Shown here piece after piece: positions 34,195 to 44,276 of a stretch of DNA of 54,554 nucleotides. A program made the position numbers and the translations under genes. The stretch covers positions 1-54,554 of the IMG/VR virus record IMGVR_UViG_3300033998_000134; one strand, given 5' to 3'. Position 1 is the stretch's first letter. Every line of letters begins with the position of its first letter. The notes below the pieces were generated by a model that worked only from the letters and a program-made list of their open reading frames with translations, had not been told where the DNA came from and searched no databases. The stretch comes from a virus (lineage: Duplodnaviria > Caudoviricetes).

Positions 34195-36738
34195 ATGGCA
34201 CGGATTAAAATTCCATTTAGAGGCATCACATCTCAATCAAACTATCAGGACGGTGAATGCAAAAATATTGTCAATCTTCGGCCAAAGAAAGGTGTGTACA
34301 AGCCGGTTACTCCTCGTAAGGTATTGCAGACTTTAAGCGATGATTACGATATTGTGTTTGTGCATCGTGGAAACGATTATGAGAATTGGATAGGAGTGAA
34401 GAAATTTACCGGTGTAACCCCGCATTCGGATGTATATTATAATATTAAAAGCCAAGCACCTATACTCTTAGGGGATATAGCCGGTATAGTTAATGGGGTT
34501 CAACAGATCGGAAACACATTATCATTCGTCTCATCCGATAACATTTACTATGCTATATTTATCGATGACTCTTACAAGTATCTGGGGTCGATGCCGGAGA
34601 TTCCGCCGATAAAGATGGGTGTAAACATCACAGACTGTTACGATAAACTTTATTACAAGGACGTGCTTGGATCGTTGTGGATGTATGCTGATCTGCCGAA
34701 AAAAGAAATACATTCAGCAGTTGTAAATAAAGCGCGGGAAAGAATCATAAATGGGCAATCTACATCGGGTGTATCATCGGGAATAAAATTATTTGATGCC
34801 CATCTTATTCGATATGCATTTAGGCTATATGATGGAAGTGTCACAAGGCATTCACCCCCAATTTTATTGATGCCTGGGTTGGACATTCTCTCAATGAACA
34901 GATATCTTGTAAGCTATCTTGTGGAAAATGGATCGAATGTAAAATATGACAACTCATATGTCCTTGCGCACGGATATGATTTTACCATTGAATATGACTT
35001 CACGGGCATTTCCGCGTGGAGCGACATCATTAAATCAGTTGATATTTTTATTTCTCCAGCCCTTGGACTCACCAGCTCAGAATATTTCAGGGATAATTTC
35101 CATACCGGTACTATTGAAATTAATTTGATAGATACATTGGCGCAAAAGCAGATAGATAACGTACTCAGCAACTCGTTGTTTTATCACTCGCACACAATTG
35201 ACTTAACACAGGGATCGCAATCATTTTGTGGTACAATCAATAAATCAATAACAAACGCAGATAATATCATCTATCAGGAATTAATGATTGATGATAGTTT
35301 TTCCCATCACCAATATGGAGCGAATGGATCATCATCGCTGAACAACAGGTTGAGGTTATCCGCGATAACAACAAAACTCTTTTCAGGATACAGTCTTAGA
35401 TTTTTTGAGTGGTGGTCAGATTATAACGGGCAATCCAGGTTGAGTATATCTGAAGCAACTTGGATTGTCCAAATCTACATTAAAACATCTGAAGGGACAT
35501 CTATTTTAGAAACTACGACCGATTCATCGTTTTTCTACAATTCATACATGGCCTACCCGGATCCTCGTGCATATAAAATAAATATTTATAGGAGGACAGG
35601 GATAGGTCCATACATGTTAGTATTCACGGCTAATCTAAAAAGTCACCCATCTATGAATATAAGTTATGTTGTCTCTGACAACTTAAAACCTTTCATAAGA
35701 TTTACCAGTTCAATAGATTCCGGGTATTCATTTAATTATGGAAAATTGTATTTCACAGAGTACAACAAAATCAAAGTATCTGAAGTAAACAATCCTTTCG
35801 TTTTCCCTAATGAAAATACATATCTTGTCGGCTCCGGTAAAATCCTCGCCGAATCATCGATTGTCATGAACGTGTCCGACCGAAATTACGGAATGTACCC
35901 TGTGTTCGTTTTTACCACCGATGGTGTATTCACAATGGCCGAGCAGGATGCCGATACGGTCCATGCTTCAATACAGTCCCCCACCTATCTGGAACCACCG
36001 ATCTCAAAGGTGATATGTGCCACTCCATACGGTGTTGTCTTCATAACCAATAGAGGGTTGATGCAGATCAGCAATTATAAAACTGATAGCTTGTCCGAAA
36101 TACTGAGAGAGGACGATGATGTGCTTAATATTGATCTCGCAGGGATTACTGATCCTGCGGCCGGTTATCCATCCGTATCGTTCCGCGAGTTTCTAAAAAC
36201 AGCCACATCGATCGTCTATAACCCGTATCATGATGAACTGATCATATCTGCTTCCGGATACCCGTATAACTACGTGTATGATTACGAGACAAAATCATTC
36301 TACCTGTCAACTAACCTAATAGGCCTTATGGTGCAAAATACATTCCCGGATGTGTACTACATCACCGATAGGAATATAATGGATATATCGCAGTCCGGAA
36401 GCGACGTGGCAAAGGTAGCGATTCTTACGCGTCCGCTGCGATTCCAATCGGAGGATATCAAAAAGCTGGAGAGAATATTTATGCGTATGGTCTTATACGG
36501 TGCGCAGGAGGTTAAAATTGTTGCGTATCATTCAATGGACGGAGTTAATTTTAGTCCGATCAAAGGATTCATCTTTGGGTCTGGTGGAAATTATAAGGAC
36601 TTCGATCTTGGCTTGTTGGCCAGGGAGACGTTCAGGCAGTATCTGCTTTTAATTACCGGAGAAGTTGACGAAAGGAGTGAGATCGATTACATTGACTGCG
36701 AGGTAAGACTTAACTATAACGATGAAAAGATGCGTTGA
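34195..36738 (+). CDS. Putative tail nozzle/stabilisation protein (P22 gp10 / T7 gp12-like)
   Basis: 847 aa, beta-rich; GECKNIVNL N-terminus, NKIKVSEVNNPFVFP, YPVFVFTTDGVF and VVFITNRGLM. Confidence 0.65.
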   Translation: MARIKIPFRGITSQSNYQDGECKNIVNLRPKKGVYKPVTPRKVLQTLSDDYDIVFVHRGNDYENWIGVKKFTGVTPHSDVYYNIKSQAPILLGDIAGIVNGVQQIGNTLSFVSSDNIYYAIFIDDSYKYLGSMPEIPPIKMGVNITDCYDKLYYKDVLGSLWMYADLPKKEIHSAVVNKARERIINGQSTSGVSSGIKLFDAHLIRYAFRLYDGSVTRHSPPILLMPGLDILSMNRYLVSYLVENGSNVKYDNSYVLAHGYDFTIEYDFTGISAWSDIIKSVDIFISPALGLTSSEYFRDNFHTGTIEINLIDTLAQKQIDNVLSNSLFYHSHTIDLTQGSQSFCGTINKSITNADNIIYQELMIDDSFSHHQYGANGSSSLNNRLRLSAITTKLFSGYSLRFFEWWSDYNGQSRLSISEATWIVQIYIKTSEGTSILETTTDSSFFYNSYMAYPDPRAYKINIYRRTGIGPYMLVFTANLKSHPSMNISYVVSDNLKPFIRFTSSIDSGYSFNYGKLYFTEYNKIKVSEVNNPFVFPNENTYLVGSGKILAESSIVMNVSDRNYGMYPVFVFTTDGVFTMAEQDADTVHASIQSPTYLEPPISKVICATPYGVVFITNRGLMQISNYKTDSLSEILREDDDVLNIDLAGITDPAAGYPSVSFREFLKTATSIVYNPYHDELIISASGYPYNYVYDYETKSFYLSTNLIGLMVQNTFPDVYYITDRNIMDISQSGSDVAKVAILTRPLRFQSEDIKKLERIFMRMVLYGAQEVKIVAYHSMDGVNFSPIKGFIFGSGGNYKDFDLGLLARETFRQYLLLITGEVDERSEIDYIDCEVRLNYNDEKMR

Positions 36739-36739
36739 G

Positions 36740-37150
36740 CTATTTATTCTCCTTTGCAAAAGGACGTTTCACCCGTTGTACCCTTCTCATCATCTTCGAG
36801 TAGTTGGCGTATTGGCGTATGGCTTTTTTCTTTTCGTCTTTGGCTACTTTATTGTTTTTATTCAAAGGTGTGGCATAAAAACACTTTTGCTCGAGTTCAA
36901 GCGTGGTCATTCGTTTTGGCATCCACCCTCTTCGTTTGTAGCTGTCAAACATGTACTTGTCAAAGATTTTCAGTCTTTCCCCTCCCGGTTTTTCGATAAC
37001 GGAAACGAAAAACCTGCGGTTATGCACCTTTTGCAGCATGTTGCTCATAAAGATGAGCAATCTGATCTTGATGCTCGATACAATAACCGTGTAGGTATCT
37101 CCCAGATACTCATGAATTTCTTTTATGTCCTTAATTAATTGGTTAGCCAT
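36740..37150 (-). CDS. Basic hypothetical protein downstream of terL
   Basis: 136-aa ORF with its own copy of the late-promoter motif. Confidence 0.6.
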   Translation of the reverse strand: MANQLIKDIKEIHEYLGDTYTVIVSSIKIRLLIFMSNMLQKVHNRRFFVSVIEKPGGERLKIFDKYMFDSYKRRGWMPKRMTTLELEQKCFYATPLNKNNKVAKDEKKKAIRQYANYSKMMRRVQRVKRPFAKENK

Positions 37151-37165
37151 AATAAACTTTTTTTA

Positions 37166-37209
37166 CAAAAATAAACTCAAGATGGTAGTCATTCGTGTGT
37201 TAGAGTTAA
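37166..37209 (-). promoter_or_regulatory. Putative late promoter (TTAACTCTAACACACG-N24-TTTG)
   Basis: Motif at 37194-37209 with TTTG at 37169-37166. Confidence 0.6.
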
Positions 37210-39311
37210 ATATCGCTCATCCCGGCTGCAACTTTCCTGTTTACCATAGGTTCGGCATTCTCCTCCACAATTACAGGCATTGGCATCGCGTAGGCAACGT
37301 ACATCCCGATCATTCTTGTCATGAGAATATCGTCGTGATGTCCTTCTTTCGCTCCATAGCTTCCATTTTCTTTTTGCTCATACATCCGTGCTTCGTTCAG
37401 CGCCTCTTCGTCACGTTCAACGTAACCACCTTCACGAATCACCGAGATGAAGTTTGAGATGATCATCGGCTTTGTAGATCGGTTGGTATTGAATCCCCAC
37501 TTTATCGGATATCCTTCTCTTACCTTATCGGCCGACGTGCGTGTATAAAGGTTGGCATAATGCGCTTTTATGGTCTCGAAGATTAACTCTGCGTCATCAT
37601 CTTTTACGTCACTGTCGTATGTATTGCTCTCAACCACAAGTAGTGCGTCGTTATAAAACTTTGCTACCTGAGCCGCAATCCATATCGATATATCCTTGTC
37701 GATATGTCCCCGAAATTGAGCAACGATCTCCGGCTTTTCTCCGTCTATCAAAGGGAGGCGGTCAATTACGGTTATAACGCCCCAGTCCGCTTTATCACTG
37801 ATTCCTTTTTGCGGATCGAATATAACCACATAACGGTGTCTGACGTTCAATGATGAGGGGTGCCTCCAAACCATGAGCTTGTTCTGGGTTTTTCTGAGCC
37901 TAAGTTTCACGTCACTGCTCCCGTATGCCTCCATCGCTTCCGGATCATTGACGAAGTGAATGTTGCTCATAATTCCCTTGCGTTTGCTCGGCTCAATGTT
38001 TGCGATCTGCGGCATCTCGTCTGCTACCAGCGTCCCGATGGCCATCGGCGGACGACAATCACTTCTTAGAGCCTCTATGTCCTCCGAGCGGAACACGGGC
38101 TTGCCGGAATCCTGGAACGCTTCTATATCGTCCGATGGGAACTCTTGCCTCATCTCGCTTATGGATGACATTTCGCCCGCCTTGGCCCGATACCAGTTTA
38201 TTTTTTCGAGTGTTACCTCTTCGTTGTTCTCGAACAATGACAACTCGTACTCGCTGAGAGAAGAAACGAATTTACGGATATCCCCCTTTTTCTTCTTTCC
38301 GTTGAATCCGTAATAATCGGTAGTGATAGGTTCGCTGTAATTCGGGTTGTAAAACCAGGGAAGAAAAATAGGGGTATAGGCACTTTCACCTCTCTTTGCC
38401 CTACTGTATTCGGTCTCGAAGTAATCGCCAAGCCCGTTGGCTGTGCTCTCGTAAAATACTGCAGTCCACGGCACCAGCTTCATAGTGCCAATGATGGATG
38501 AGAGCAGGGCGCTCGTTTTCTTCATATCCGTGTCAGGATAAAAGGCCACCTCCGAGAAGTGGGCCAGTTTTGGGTTTTGCGATCGTACACTATCCGGCTT
38601 TTCTGCCGATCCTACCGTAATACGGCAGCCCCTCTCTTTGATCTCCTTTATATTTAAAGTTTGATCAAAATTGCTTATTTCGTAGCGTACACCACCTATG
38701 GGCATCATCGTCTCCATACTTCTTGTGTACATGCTTCTGATATTCTTTGCTGCATCGTTCACGTGAGCGCAAACAACACTGTTCCATCTTTTCTTTTTCA
38801 CTTTCTGTATCCAGGAGAACAGCATCTGTATGTACGTCGATATGCCGTGTTGGCGGGCTTTCAATGTGATGATGCGGACAGGCTTTTCGTTCTCGATGTC
38901 GGCCATCACTATTGCGTGAAATTTCCTTTGGGCGCGGTTCATGACGAACGGGATCAGCTCTCCGGTCAGGGCATCTTCTATTGTTTCGTACATGCGGAAG
39001 TAATACTCCGGATCATACGATATCCTGATCTCGCAAATATCGATCCAGCACTTCTGCAGCTCCTCTCGGTCAAATGGCACTTTGTTGGCCCTGTATAGTT
39101 TTTCGATCGATTTATGTTTTGCGACCTGCCTGATTATGGGGTTGTTTAGCATCTGGCGCGGGATGTATATCAAAGGATAAGGTGCGTCTGTTATTGTCAG
39201 AGGCACCCTATCTCCATAACATCCTACGCCAATAATAGGATCATAAGGTTCGTTTATTTTGATTGTTCTATTGGCATTTTCAGTTAATATATGCTCAACA
39301 TCCTTATCCAC
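37206..39311 (-). CDS. terL: Terminase large subunit
   Basis: ITLKARQHGIST Walker A, AHFSEVAF Walker B, ESTANG motif III, and nuclease VVIFDP...HHDDILM. Confidence 0.92.
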   Translation of the reverse strand: MDKDVEHILTENANRTIKINEPYDPIIGVGCYGDRVPLTITDAPYPLIYIPRQMLNNPIIRQVAKHKSIEKLYRANKVPFDREELQKCWIDICEIRISYDPEYYFRMYETIEDALTGELIPFVMNRAQRKFHAIVMADIENEKPVRIITLKARQHGISTYIQMLFSWIQKVKKKRWNSVVCAHVNDAAKNIRSMYTRSMETMMPIGGVRYEISNFDQTLNIKEIKERGCRITVGSAEKPDSVRSQNPKLAHFSEVAFYPDTDMKKTSALLSSIIGTMKLVPWTAVFYESTANGLGDYFETEYSRAKRGESAYTPIFLPWFYNPNYSEPITTDYYGFNGKKKKGDIRKFVSSLSEYELSLFENNEEVTLEKINWYRAKAGEMSSISEMRQEFPSDDIEAFQDSGKPVFRSEDIEALRSDCRPPMAIGTLVADEMPQIANIEPSKRKGIMSNIHFVNDPEAMEAYGSSDVKLRLRKTQNKLMVWRHPSSLNVRHRYVVIFDPQKGISDKADWGVITVIDRLPLIDGEKPEIVAQFRGHIDKDISIWIAAQVAKFYNDALLVVESNTYDSDVKDDDAELIFETIKAHYANLYTRTSADKVREGYPIKWGFNTNRSTKPMIISNFISVIREGGYVERDEEALNEARMYEQKENGSYGAKEGHHDDILMTRMIGMYVAYAMPMPVIVEENAEPMVNRKVAAGMSDI

Positions 39312-39350
39312 GTTCTTTTCCGCTTTTTGTTTACATTATTTTCGCTCTTT

Positions 39351-39899
39351 TTAAATCATTCTGATGTAAATAATTAGCGCGATTCCGACAAGCACTCCAA
39401 AAAAGAACAGCCGGAAATTAAATCCTGTCGTCGGCGTTATTTCCTTTTTGATGTTTTTGTTTTCTTCTCTGAGTGATTCAATAGTCGTCTTTAGATTTTT
39501 GTTTTCCAGCTCGAGAGTATTCACCTCGCTGATATATTCCTTTTTTATTGCCTCCATCTCTTTGATGGTTTTATCAAGTAGGGTTTTGCTTTGAGTGATC
39601 GTCTCACTCTGCTTTGGATATTGCCCGTCAGAATTCAATGGAGCGGTTGTGTCGTAGTTTATCGTATGCGTCGATGACTCGCTCTCTAATCGGCTTACCT
39701 CCTCTTTCGTGCGCGCTAAATCGGTTTTCAGCGCTTCAATTTCAATGGTTTTTCTCTTAAGCTCCTCGTTTAATGCGAGAACTTCAGTACTGTCAAACTT
39801 GGTAATAACCCTCTCTTGGATGATCTGCTTCGGCTTACATCCAGAAAAGACGGTTAATCCAACGATTAAAGCGATCAAGTATTTCGTATTTTTTATCAT
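39351..39899 (-). CDS. Putative unimolecular spanin (lipoprotein with C-terminal TM)
   Basis: Lipobox VFSG-C, coiled coil and C-terminal TM LFFFGVLVGIALIIYI; follows the endolysin. Confidence 0.65.
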   Translation of the reverse strand: MIKNTKYLIALIVGLTVFSGCKPKQIIQERVITKFDSTEVLALNEELKRKTIEIEALKTDLARTKEEVSRLESESSTHTINYDTTAPLNSDGQYPKQSETITQSKTLLDKTIKEMEAIKKEYISEVNTLELENKNLKTTIESLREENKNIKKEITPTTGFNFRLFFFGVLVGIALIIYIRMI

Positions 39900-39940
39900 A
39901 GTAGTTAATCCTGTATTTCAACCAATTCATTTTGCTGCAT

Positions 39941-40513
39941 TTAAATTCCATCTCTCATATACTTATCGTAAGCCTTTTGCATAGAAATGTTGTAGGGTTC
40001 TCTGCCCCACTTTTTAGCCATTTCTTTATACTTCGCTCCGTTATATCTGACTGCTACTGTATGCCAGTCTTTGCGCTTTAGAGCATCATACAATATCCGG
40101 TCCGTGTTGATAAACTCTGCCATCTGGAAGATCTGCCTGTCTTCTCCTTTCTTTGCATCGTTCCACATCTCTCCGACATTTGAGTATCCGAGTCTTTTGT
40201 AGTGATAACCCATTACTTGTCCCAAGCCTATACTCGTGCTTTTCATTGCAGATTCCGGGTTAATGGCAAATGCATCATTAAATGCAAGCCATTCCTTCGA
40301 CTGCACGTCAACTTTGTTGACGCTCCATTTGCCGGAAGGTGCATAAGGCTCGTGTTTACGAAACCAGCTCGGTTCAAATTGTATAATAAGCTTGCCGTCA
40401 TCATTAAAACCTTTTCCTCCAGACTCTACGTCTATGAATGCCGCAAGAGCTTCGGGTTCAACGTCTATTCTGCATGCTTCATATTTTATCGATATTTGTT
40501 TGATCTTGTCCAT
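39941..40513 (-). CDS. Endolysin, N-acetylmuramidase (DUF3380-like)
   Basis: AFIDVESGGKGF..IQFEPSWF, STSIGLGQVMGYHY and YNG; likely start MDKIKQ. Confidence 0.88.
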   Translation of the reverse strand: MDKIKQISIKYEACRIDVEPEALAAFIDVESGGKGFNDDGKLIIQFEPSWFRKHEPYAPSGKWSVNKVDVQSKEWLAFNDAFAINPESAMKSTSIGLGQVMGYHYKRLGYSNVGEMWNDAKKGEDRQIFQMAEFINTDRILYDALKRKDWHTVAVRYNGAKYKEMAKKWGREPYNISMQKAYDKYMRDGI

Positions 40514-41021
40514 TGTTTTCTTCCTCTTCTTTCTTCTTGTCCGATTCTTTGAGTATCTGCTCGATGTCAATATTCTTGCCAACTTTTGACTGAATCTCTC
40601 CAATCAGTTGTTTTCTGAATAACTTTAGAAACGGAGTGTTTGGTCGAACAATCAGCATTGAAGCGCTCATACTCCAAAGCTCACATACTGCCGCAAACAT
40701 GCCTATTGTTTTTACAAGCACGAACGGCGCATTTTCATGTACTACCATTTCGATCGACATTACTCCCAGCAATGTAAAAGAATAGATTGCGATTTTTTTA
40801 ATAGTCTCCCGTAATGCGTTTGATAATATAAACTTCTTTAGCTTTATTGCAGCCAAAATTCCCCATATAAAGTCAGCCATTACCGCCATTCCAACTACTA
40901 TAAATGTCCACATCTCCGGTTGTATAAATGTTATTGATGCCGTTAATAATGCAATAAACCATCCATAGGCCGTGCTAAGCGCATTGCCTATATGTGTCAT
41001 AAATCTCTCAAACCAATTCAT
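40479..41021 (-). CDS. Holin (phage holin 4-like)
   Basis: Several TM segments, ADFIWGILAA and CELWSMSAS, charged C-terminus; upstream of the endolysin. Confidence 0.8.
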   Translation of the reverse strand: MNWFERFMTHIGNALSTAYGWFIALLTASITFIQPEMWTFIVVGMAVMADFIWGILAAIKLKKFILSNALRETIKKIAIYSFTLLGVMSIEMVVHENAPFVLVKTIGMFAAVCELWSMSASMLIVRPNTPFLKLFRKQLIGEIQSKVGKNIDIEQILKESDKKKEEEENNGQDQTNIDKI

Positions 41022-41102
41022 TGCCTGTATTTTATTTTGTTTTTAATTAATAGTTACTTTTCCCGGAAACGGGATGAACTTATTTCTGATGATTTTCAAT
41101 AA

Positions 41103-42101
41103 TTATTGATCGTATGGTCTGCATTTATATCTCCTAATAATATCCCAACTATGAAAAACGCCGCCATAGCAGATACACACCATTTCTATAGCATCACCTT
41201 TATTTAATTGAATTTCATTTAGTAATATACCATTCTCATAAAATCCGTTATACTCTTCAGGCCGCATAGTAATGCCTTTTTGAAGTGCATGTATTCTAAA
41301 TACCTGCCCATTCAATAGAGTATTACATGGTATAATTCTAATAGGAAGAGAAAGGAAAATGCTATTCTCGAAAAAATTATTTGCCCAACTTGTTATCTCA
41401 TCCTCCCAAAATTGCGTTATAGTTGCATTCGAAACATCTACAAACGGCGATTTAAATCCTCCAAGAAATTCAATATTACCATTACTGTTCCATTGTATAT
41501 TTCCATCAGCGATAAATCCACTTCCGTCAAATTTGAATTTTACTTTTCCGCCTGCGGCAGTAATTTCTCCTGTCTTTCCGTCAATGATAATATTCGGAAC
41601 GAAGTTTGCCTGCCCAGAATAATCCACAGCAACACCATCCACCGTTCCTCTTAACGAAATCAGTTTATCGTCCTTGAAAATCAGGTTAGCAAGGTTGGCC
41701 TCTTCCCCAATCAGAACCTTTGCGGCCAATTCTTTTAGCCATGGTATTTCATCATAATAAGTCGATAAGGTCGATTCGGACGGGTATGTTTCATCGCTTG
41801 GTACTTCACGAACGACGTAATCGTTTTTCAGTTTATACCACTTCCTGTTATCGGGGAGAGGAGCACGAACATAGATGTAATCAACGATGTTGGTATCGTT
41901 TCTGTGCGTATCGCCGGCTTTCCATTCTTTTTGTACCGGTATTTGGCCCGGCATGCCGGGAACACCTTTTGCGCTAACCCCTGTATCAACGTAATCGTTC
42001 ACGGCGTCATTCCACTGCCACCAGTTCCCATTCTCCCCAATGTAGGGAGAATGACCGTCCGAGGCCATCCAGCGCACAACTCCTGCTCCACGTATTTGCA
42101 T
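41103..42101 (-). CDS. Tail fibre-related protein
   Basis: DGHSPYIGENGNWWQW..DTGVSAKG motif and a beta-rich, AT-rich C-terminus; likely start MQIRG. Confidence 0.6.
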   Translation of the reverse strand: MQIRGAGVVRWMASDGHSPYIGENGNWWQWNDAVNDYVDTGVSAKGVPGMPGQIPVQKEWKAGDTHRNDTNIVDYIYVRAPLPDNRKWYKLKNDYVVREVPSDETYPSESTLSTYYDEIPWLKELAAKVLIGEEANLANLIFKDDKLISLRGTVDGVAVDYSGQANFVPNIIIDGKTGEITAAGGKVKFKFDGSGFIADGNIQWNSNGNIEFLGGFKSPFVDVSNATITQFWEDEITSWANNFFENSIFLSLPIRIIPCNTLLNGQVFRIHALQKGITMRPEEYNGFYENGILLNEIQLNKGDAIEMVCICYGGVFHSWDIIRRYKCRPYDQ

Positions 42102-42112
42102 AACGGCAATGT

Positions 42113-42499
42113 TTACTTTTTCATATCGATCAGTTGATGTGCTGCATCTGCAGCTATCTCTCTCCATTCTTCAAACTCCATGAAGGCAGTTATATCTTCT
42201 TCGATGGACGGATCCGTAATGCCTGCTCTCTCCTTCAGTAAGGCGGCAACGGCATTGTTTAGGATGGCAAATTCTTCTTTGGGAGGGTAAACATACTCTA
42301 TGATCTGACTTTTTATGTGTCCATAGTCGATATGACCGGTGAGAGGTATATTGTAACCCATATACACAACCTTGTCCTCACCGTCCTCATCCTGCTTGAT
42401 GCGTTCTGTGAACCCAAAGCGAATAACCTTTCCTACTGTATCGTACAGCGAGGGTATTTGATCATACTCGCTTGTCTTGAATTGTTCATACTTTTTCAT
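42113..42499 (-). CDS. Hypothetical tail-associated protein downstream of RT
   Basis: 128 aa with DYGHIKSQII..Y..EEFAI.NN..EWRE pattern; ATGA-coupled to RT. Confidence 0.6.
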   Translation of the reverse strand: MKKYEQFKTSEYDQIPSLYDTVGKVIRFGFTERIKQDEDGEDKVVYMGYNIPLTGHIDYGHIKSQIIEYVYPPKEEFAILNNAVAALLKERAGITDPSIEEDITAFMEFEEWREIAADAAHQLIDMKK

Positions 42500-43905
42500 A
42501 ATTGTTGTTCTTTATCTTTGTGAATTATTTCTCCATCTTTCTCGTAAACGTCGCTACCGGATATGCTCAATATTGATGTTCGGTCATAGTCAAAATCATA
42601 ATGCTTGTTGCCTGACCTGTCTGTCATTACGGTCCTGAAAGATGTTACGTTATGCTCTTCCAGCGTCTCGATAAAGTTTTTAATTCTTATCGAGTTTATG
42701 ATCAATCGGTATTCCTTTTCATGGAACCTGATCAATAAGACCCATCTCCCGGATCCTTGCGATGTACGAATGTCTTTCTCCCATTCCAGTATGTCGATAA
42801 CATCATTTATCACCACTGACGCACCTATCCTCGGAACATCGAAAAATTTCTTGCCGTCCCTTCCTGTTACACTGTTGTTCGCTTTTATTCCTAATCGCTT
42901 TATATCTACTCCTGTCATCTTATAATATAATCTTTTGCAGTGCTTATTCCCATGTTTTAACATGCCCCAAGCTGCTGCGTCAATCTCTTTTAATCGCTTC
43001 TTATTGGTTGCGCGGCTTCTTCTTTTTAGCCAGGCCGATTTGTTTCTCTTCCTCCAGTATAAATCTCCACCCGGGTAAATCATGAATCCGAGATAACTTA
43101 ATCCAAACGACACTCTGTGGATTTTCGGAACATGGGTTTTAAACCCCATTTCGGCCAGCCTTTCATTTGCCTTCTTCATGAATCTTTTAACCTCTCCCTT
43201 TGTCTTTCCTAAAACTACATAATCATCCATATATCGGATATAGAACTTCATTCCCATTTCCTCTTTCGCCCAATGATCAAAAGACGAAAGGATCAGATTT
43301 CCTATTATCTGGCTTGGCCTTATACCCAATGGGATTCCTATATCCCCAAATCTGTTTATCGGCTCCATCATCGCATCGATATAGCTCTGATCCTTGTAGA
43401 TCGATTCTAATGTGCGTCTTAACAGGTCGTGCGGGATACTTTGATAAAACTTACGGATATCTCCCTGTCCATACCATACCGTTTCCTCAGGGTATTCTCT
43501 CAACCATCGTTGCACTCTTAATGCTCCAGCTATCTGTCCTTTTCCTTTCCGGCTGGCATAGGTATCATAGATGAGATTTTTCTCTACCCTCTTTTCGCCG
43601 GCGGTGACCAACGATTGATGGTAAATGTGGTTCGGATGAAAGTTAAGTTTTGATATTTTACGCACCTTTCCTTGTACGCTTGTCATATCCTTATGCTTGT
43701 ATTCATCCGTACGTATTGTTTTATCAATAAGTCCGCTCTGTATCTCACACAGATTCCTAATCCTGTTATGCAGATGCGATTTTACATAATGTCGTTTTAG
43801 CTTGCCTTTGGTAGCCGACTCTTCGGCTTTCGTCAAATTATCCCAATTATACGTCTTTCTGTACGTGTATCCTTCTCTTTTCATTATTTTCGTTGCTTGC
43901 TTCAT
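42496..43905 (-). CDS. DGR reverse transcriptase with an approximately 140-aa C-terminal extension
   Basis: TYASRKGKG, GDIRKFYQSI, GIPLGIRPSQ (DGR-type SQ motif), YIRYMDD and YLGF; adjacent to TR. Confidence 0.93.
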   Translation of the reverse strand: MKQATKIMKREGYTYRKTYNWDNLTKAEESATKGKLKRHYVKSHLHNRIRNLCEIQSGLIDKTIRTDEYKHKDMTSVQGKVRKISKLNFHPNHIYHQSLVTAGEKRVEKNLIYDTYASRKGKGQIAGALRVQRWLREYPEETVWYGQGDIRKFYQSIPHDLLRRTLESIYKDQSYIDAMMEPINRFGDIGIPLGIRPSQIIGNLILSSFDHWAKEEMGMKFYIRYMDDYVVLGKTKGEVKRFMKKANERLAEMGFKTHVPKIHRVSFGLSYLGFMIYPGGDLYWRKRNKSAWLKRRSRATNKKRLKEIDAAAWGMLKHGNKHCKRLYYKMTGVDIKRLGIKANNSVTGRDGKKFFDVPRIGASVVINDVIDILEWEKDIRTSQGSGRWVLLIRFHEKEYRLIINSIRIKNFIETLEEHNVTSFRTVMTDRSGNKHYDFDYDRTSILSISGSDVYEKDGEIIHKDKEQQL

Positions 43906-44084
43906 TCTCTACGGAGCGTTCAACATCTAAGTTACTAACACCGTAATGGTGATGCCCTGAGGCTATTCACGCAAGGTTATTTTGTTTCTTCTGCATGTAG
44001 CATACGGCTACACCGATGAGGCTTTGACTGGTCGGATGCTTTCGTATGACGCACTAATCACATCCTGATAATTATTTGAAGTAT

Positions 44085-44188
44085 GGCGGGCTCCGATGTT
44101 CGACCACGAGTTCGTCCAGGCGTTGTTCGAGTTCGAGCAGGCGAGACCGCAATTCGCACCGTTCTCAGCGTTGCCGCCCCAGAGCCAC
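44085..44188 (-). repeat. DGR template repeat (TR)
   Basis: 104-bp match to 44330-44433 with 10 mismatches, 9 of them at TR adenines; 7 AAC and 1 AAT codons in frame. Confidence 0.95.
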
Positions 44189-44244
44189 TTTCCAATCATA
44201 TGCCTGCCACCCGGATCAGGTGGACTTTTATCTGTATCAATCCA

Positions 44245-44266
44245 GCAGGGGGACGCTTCCCCCTGC
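44245..44266 (-). other. DGR target-recognition hairpin downstream of VR
   Basis: GCAGGGGGA-4nt-TCCCCCTGC, a perfect 9-bp stem about 10 nt after the target stop codon. Confidence 0.8.
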
Positions 44267-44276
44267 ACCCCCTAAT

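Noticed and set aside
42113-42499. avd accessory gene
   Set aside because: The size fits, but it is acidic with a beta-like N-terminus and no Avd-like pattern; it looks like a tail-associated protein. An HMM search would settle it.
42496-43905. Group II intron, retron or Abi-type RT
   Set aside because: The SQ motif and the adjacent adenine-specific TR/VR pair identify it as a DGR RT.
44008-44268. 86-aa ORF spanning the TR
   Set aside because: It is the stop-free reading of the template repeat and hairpin, not a credible protein.
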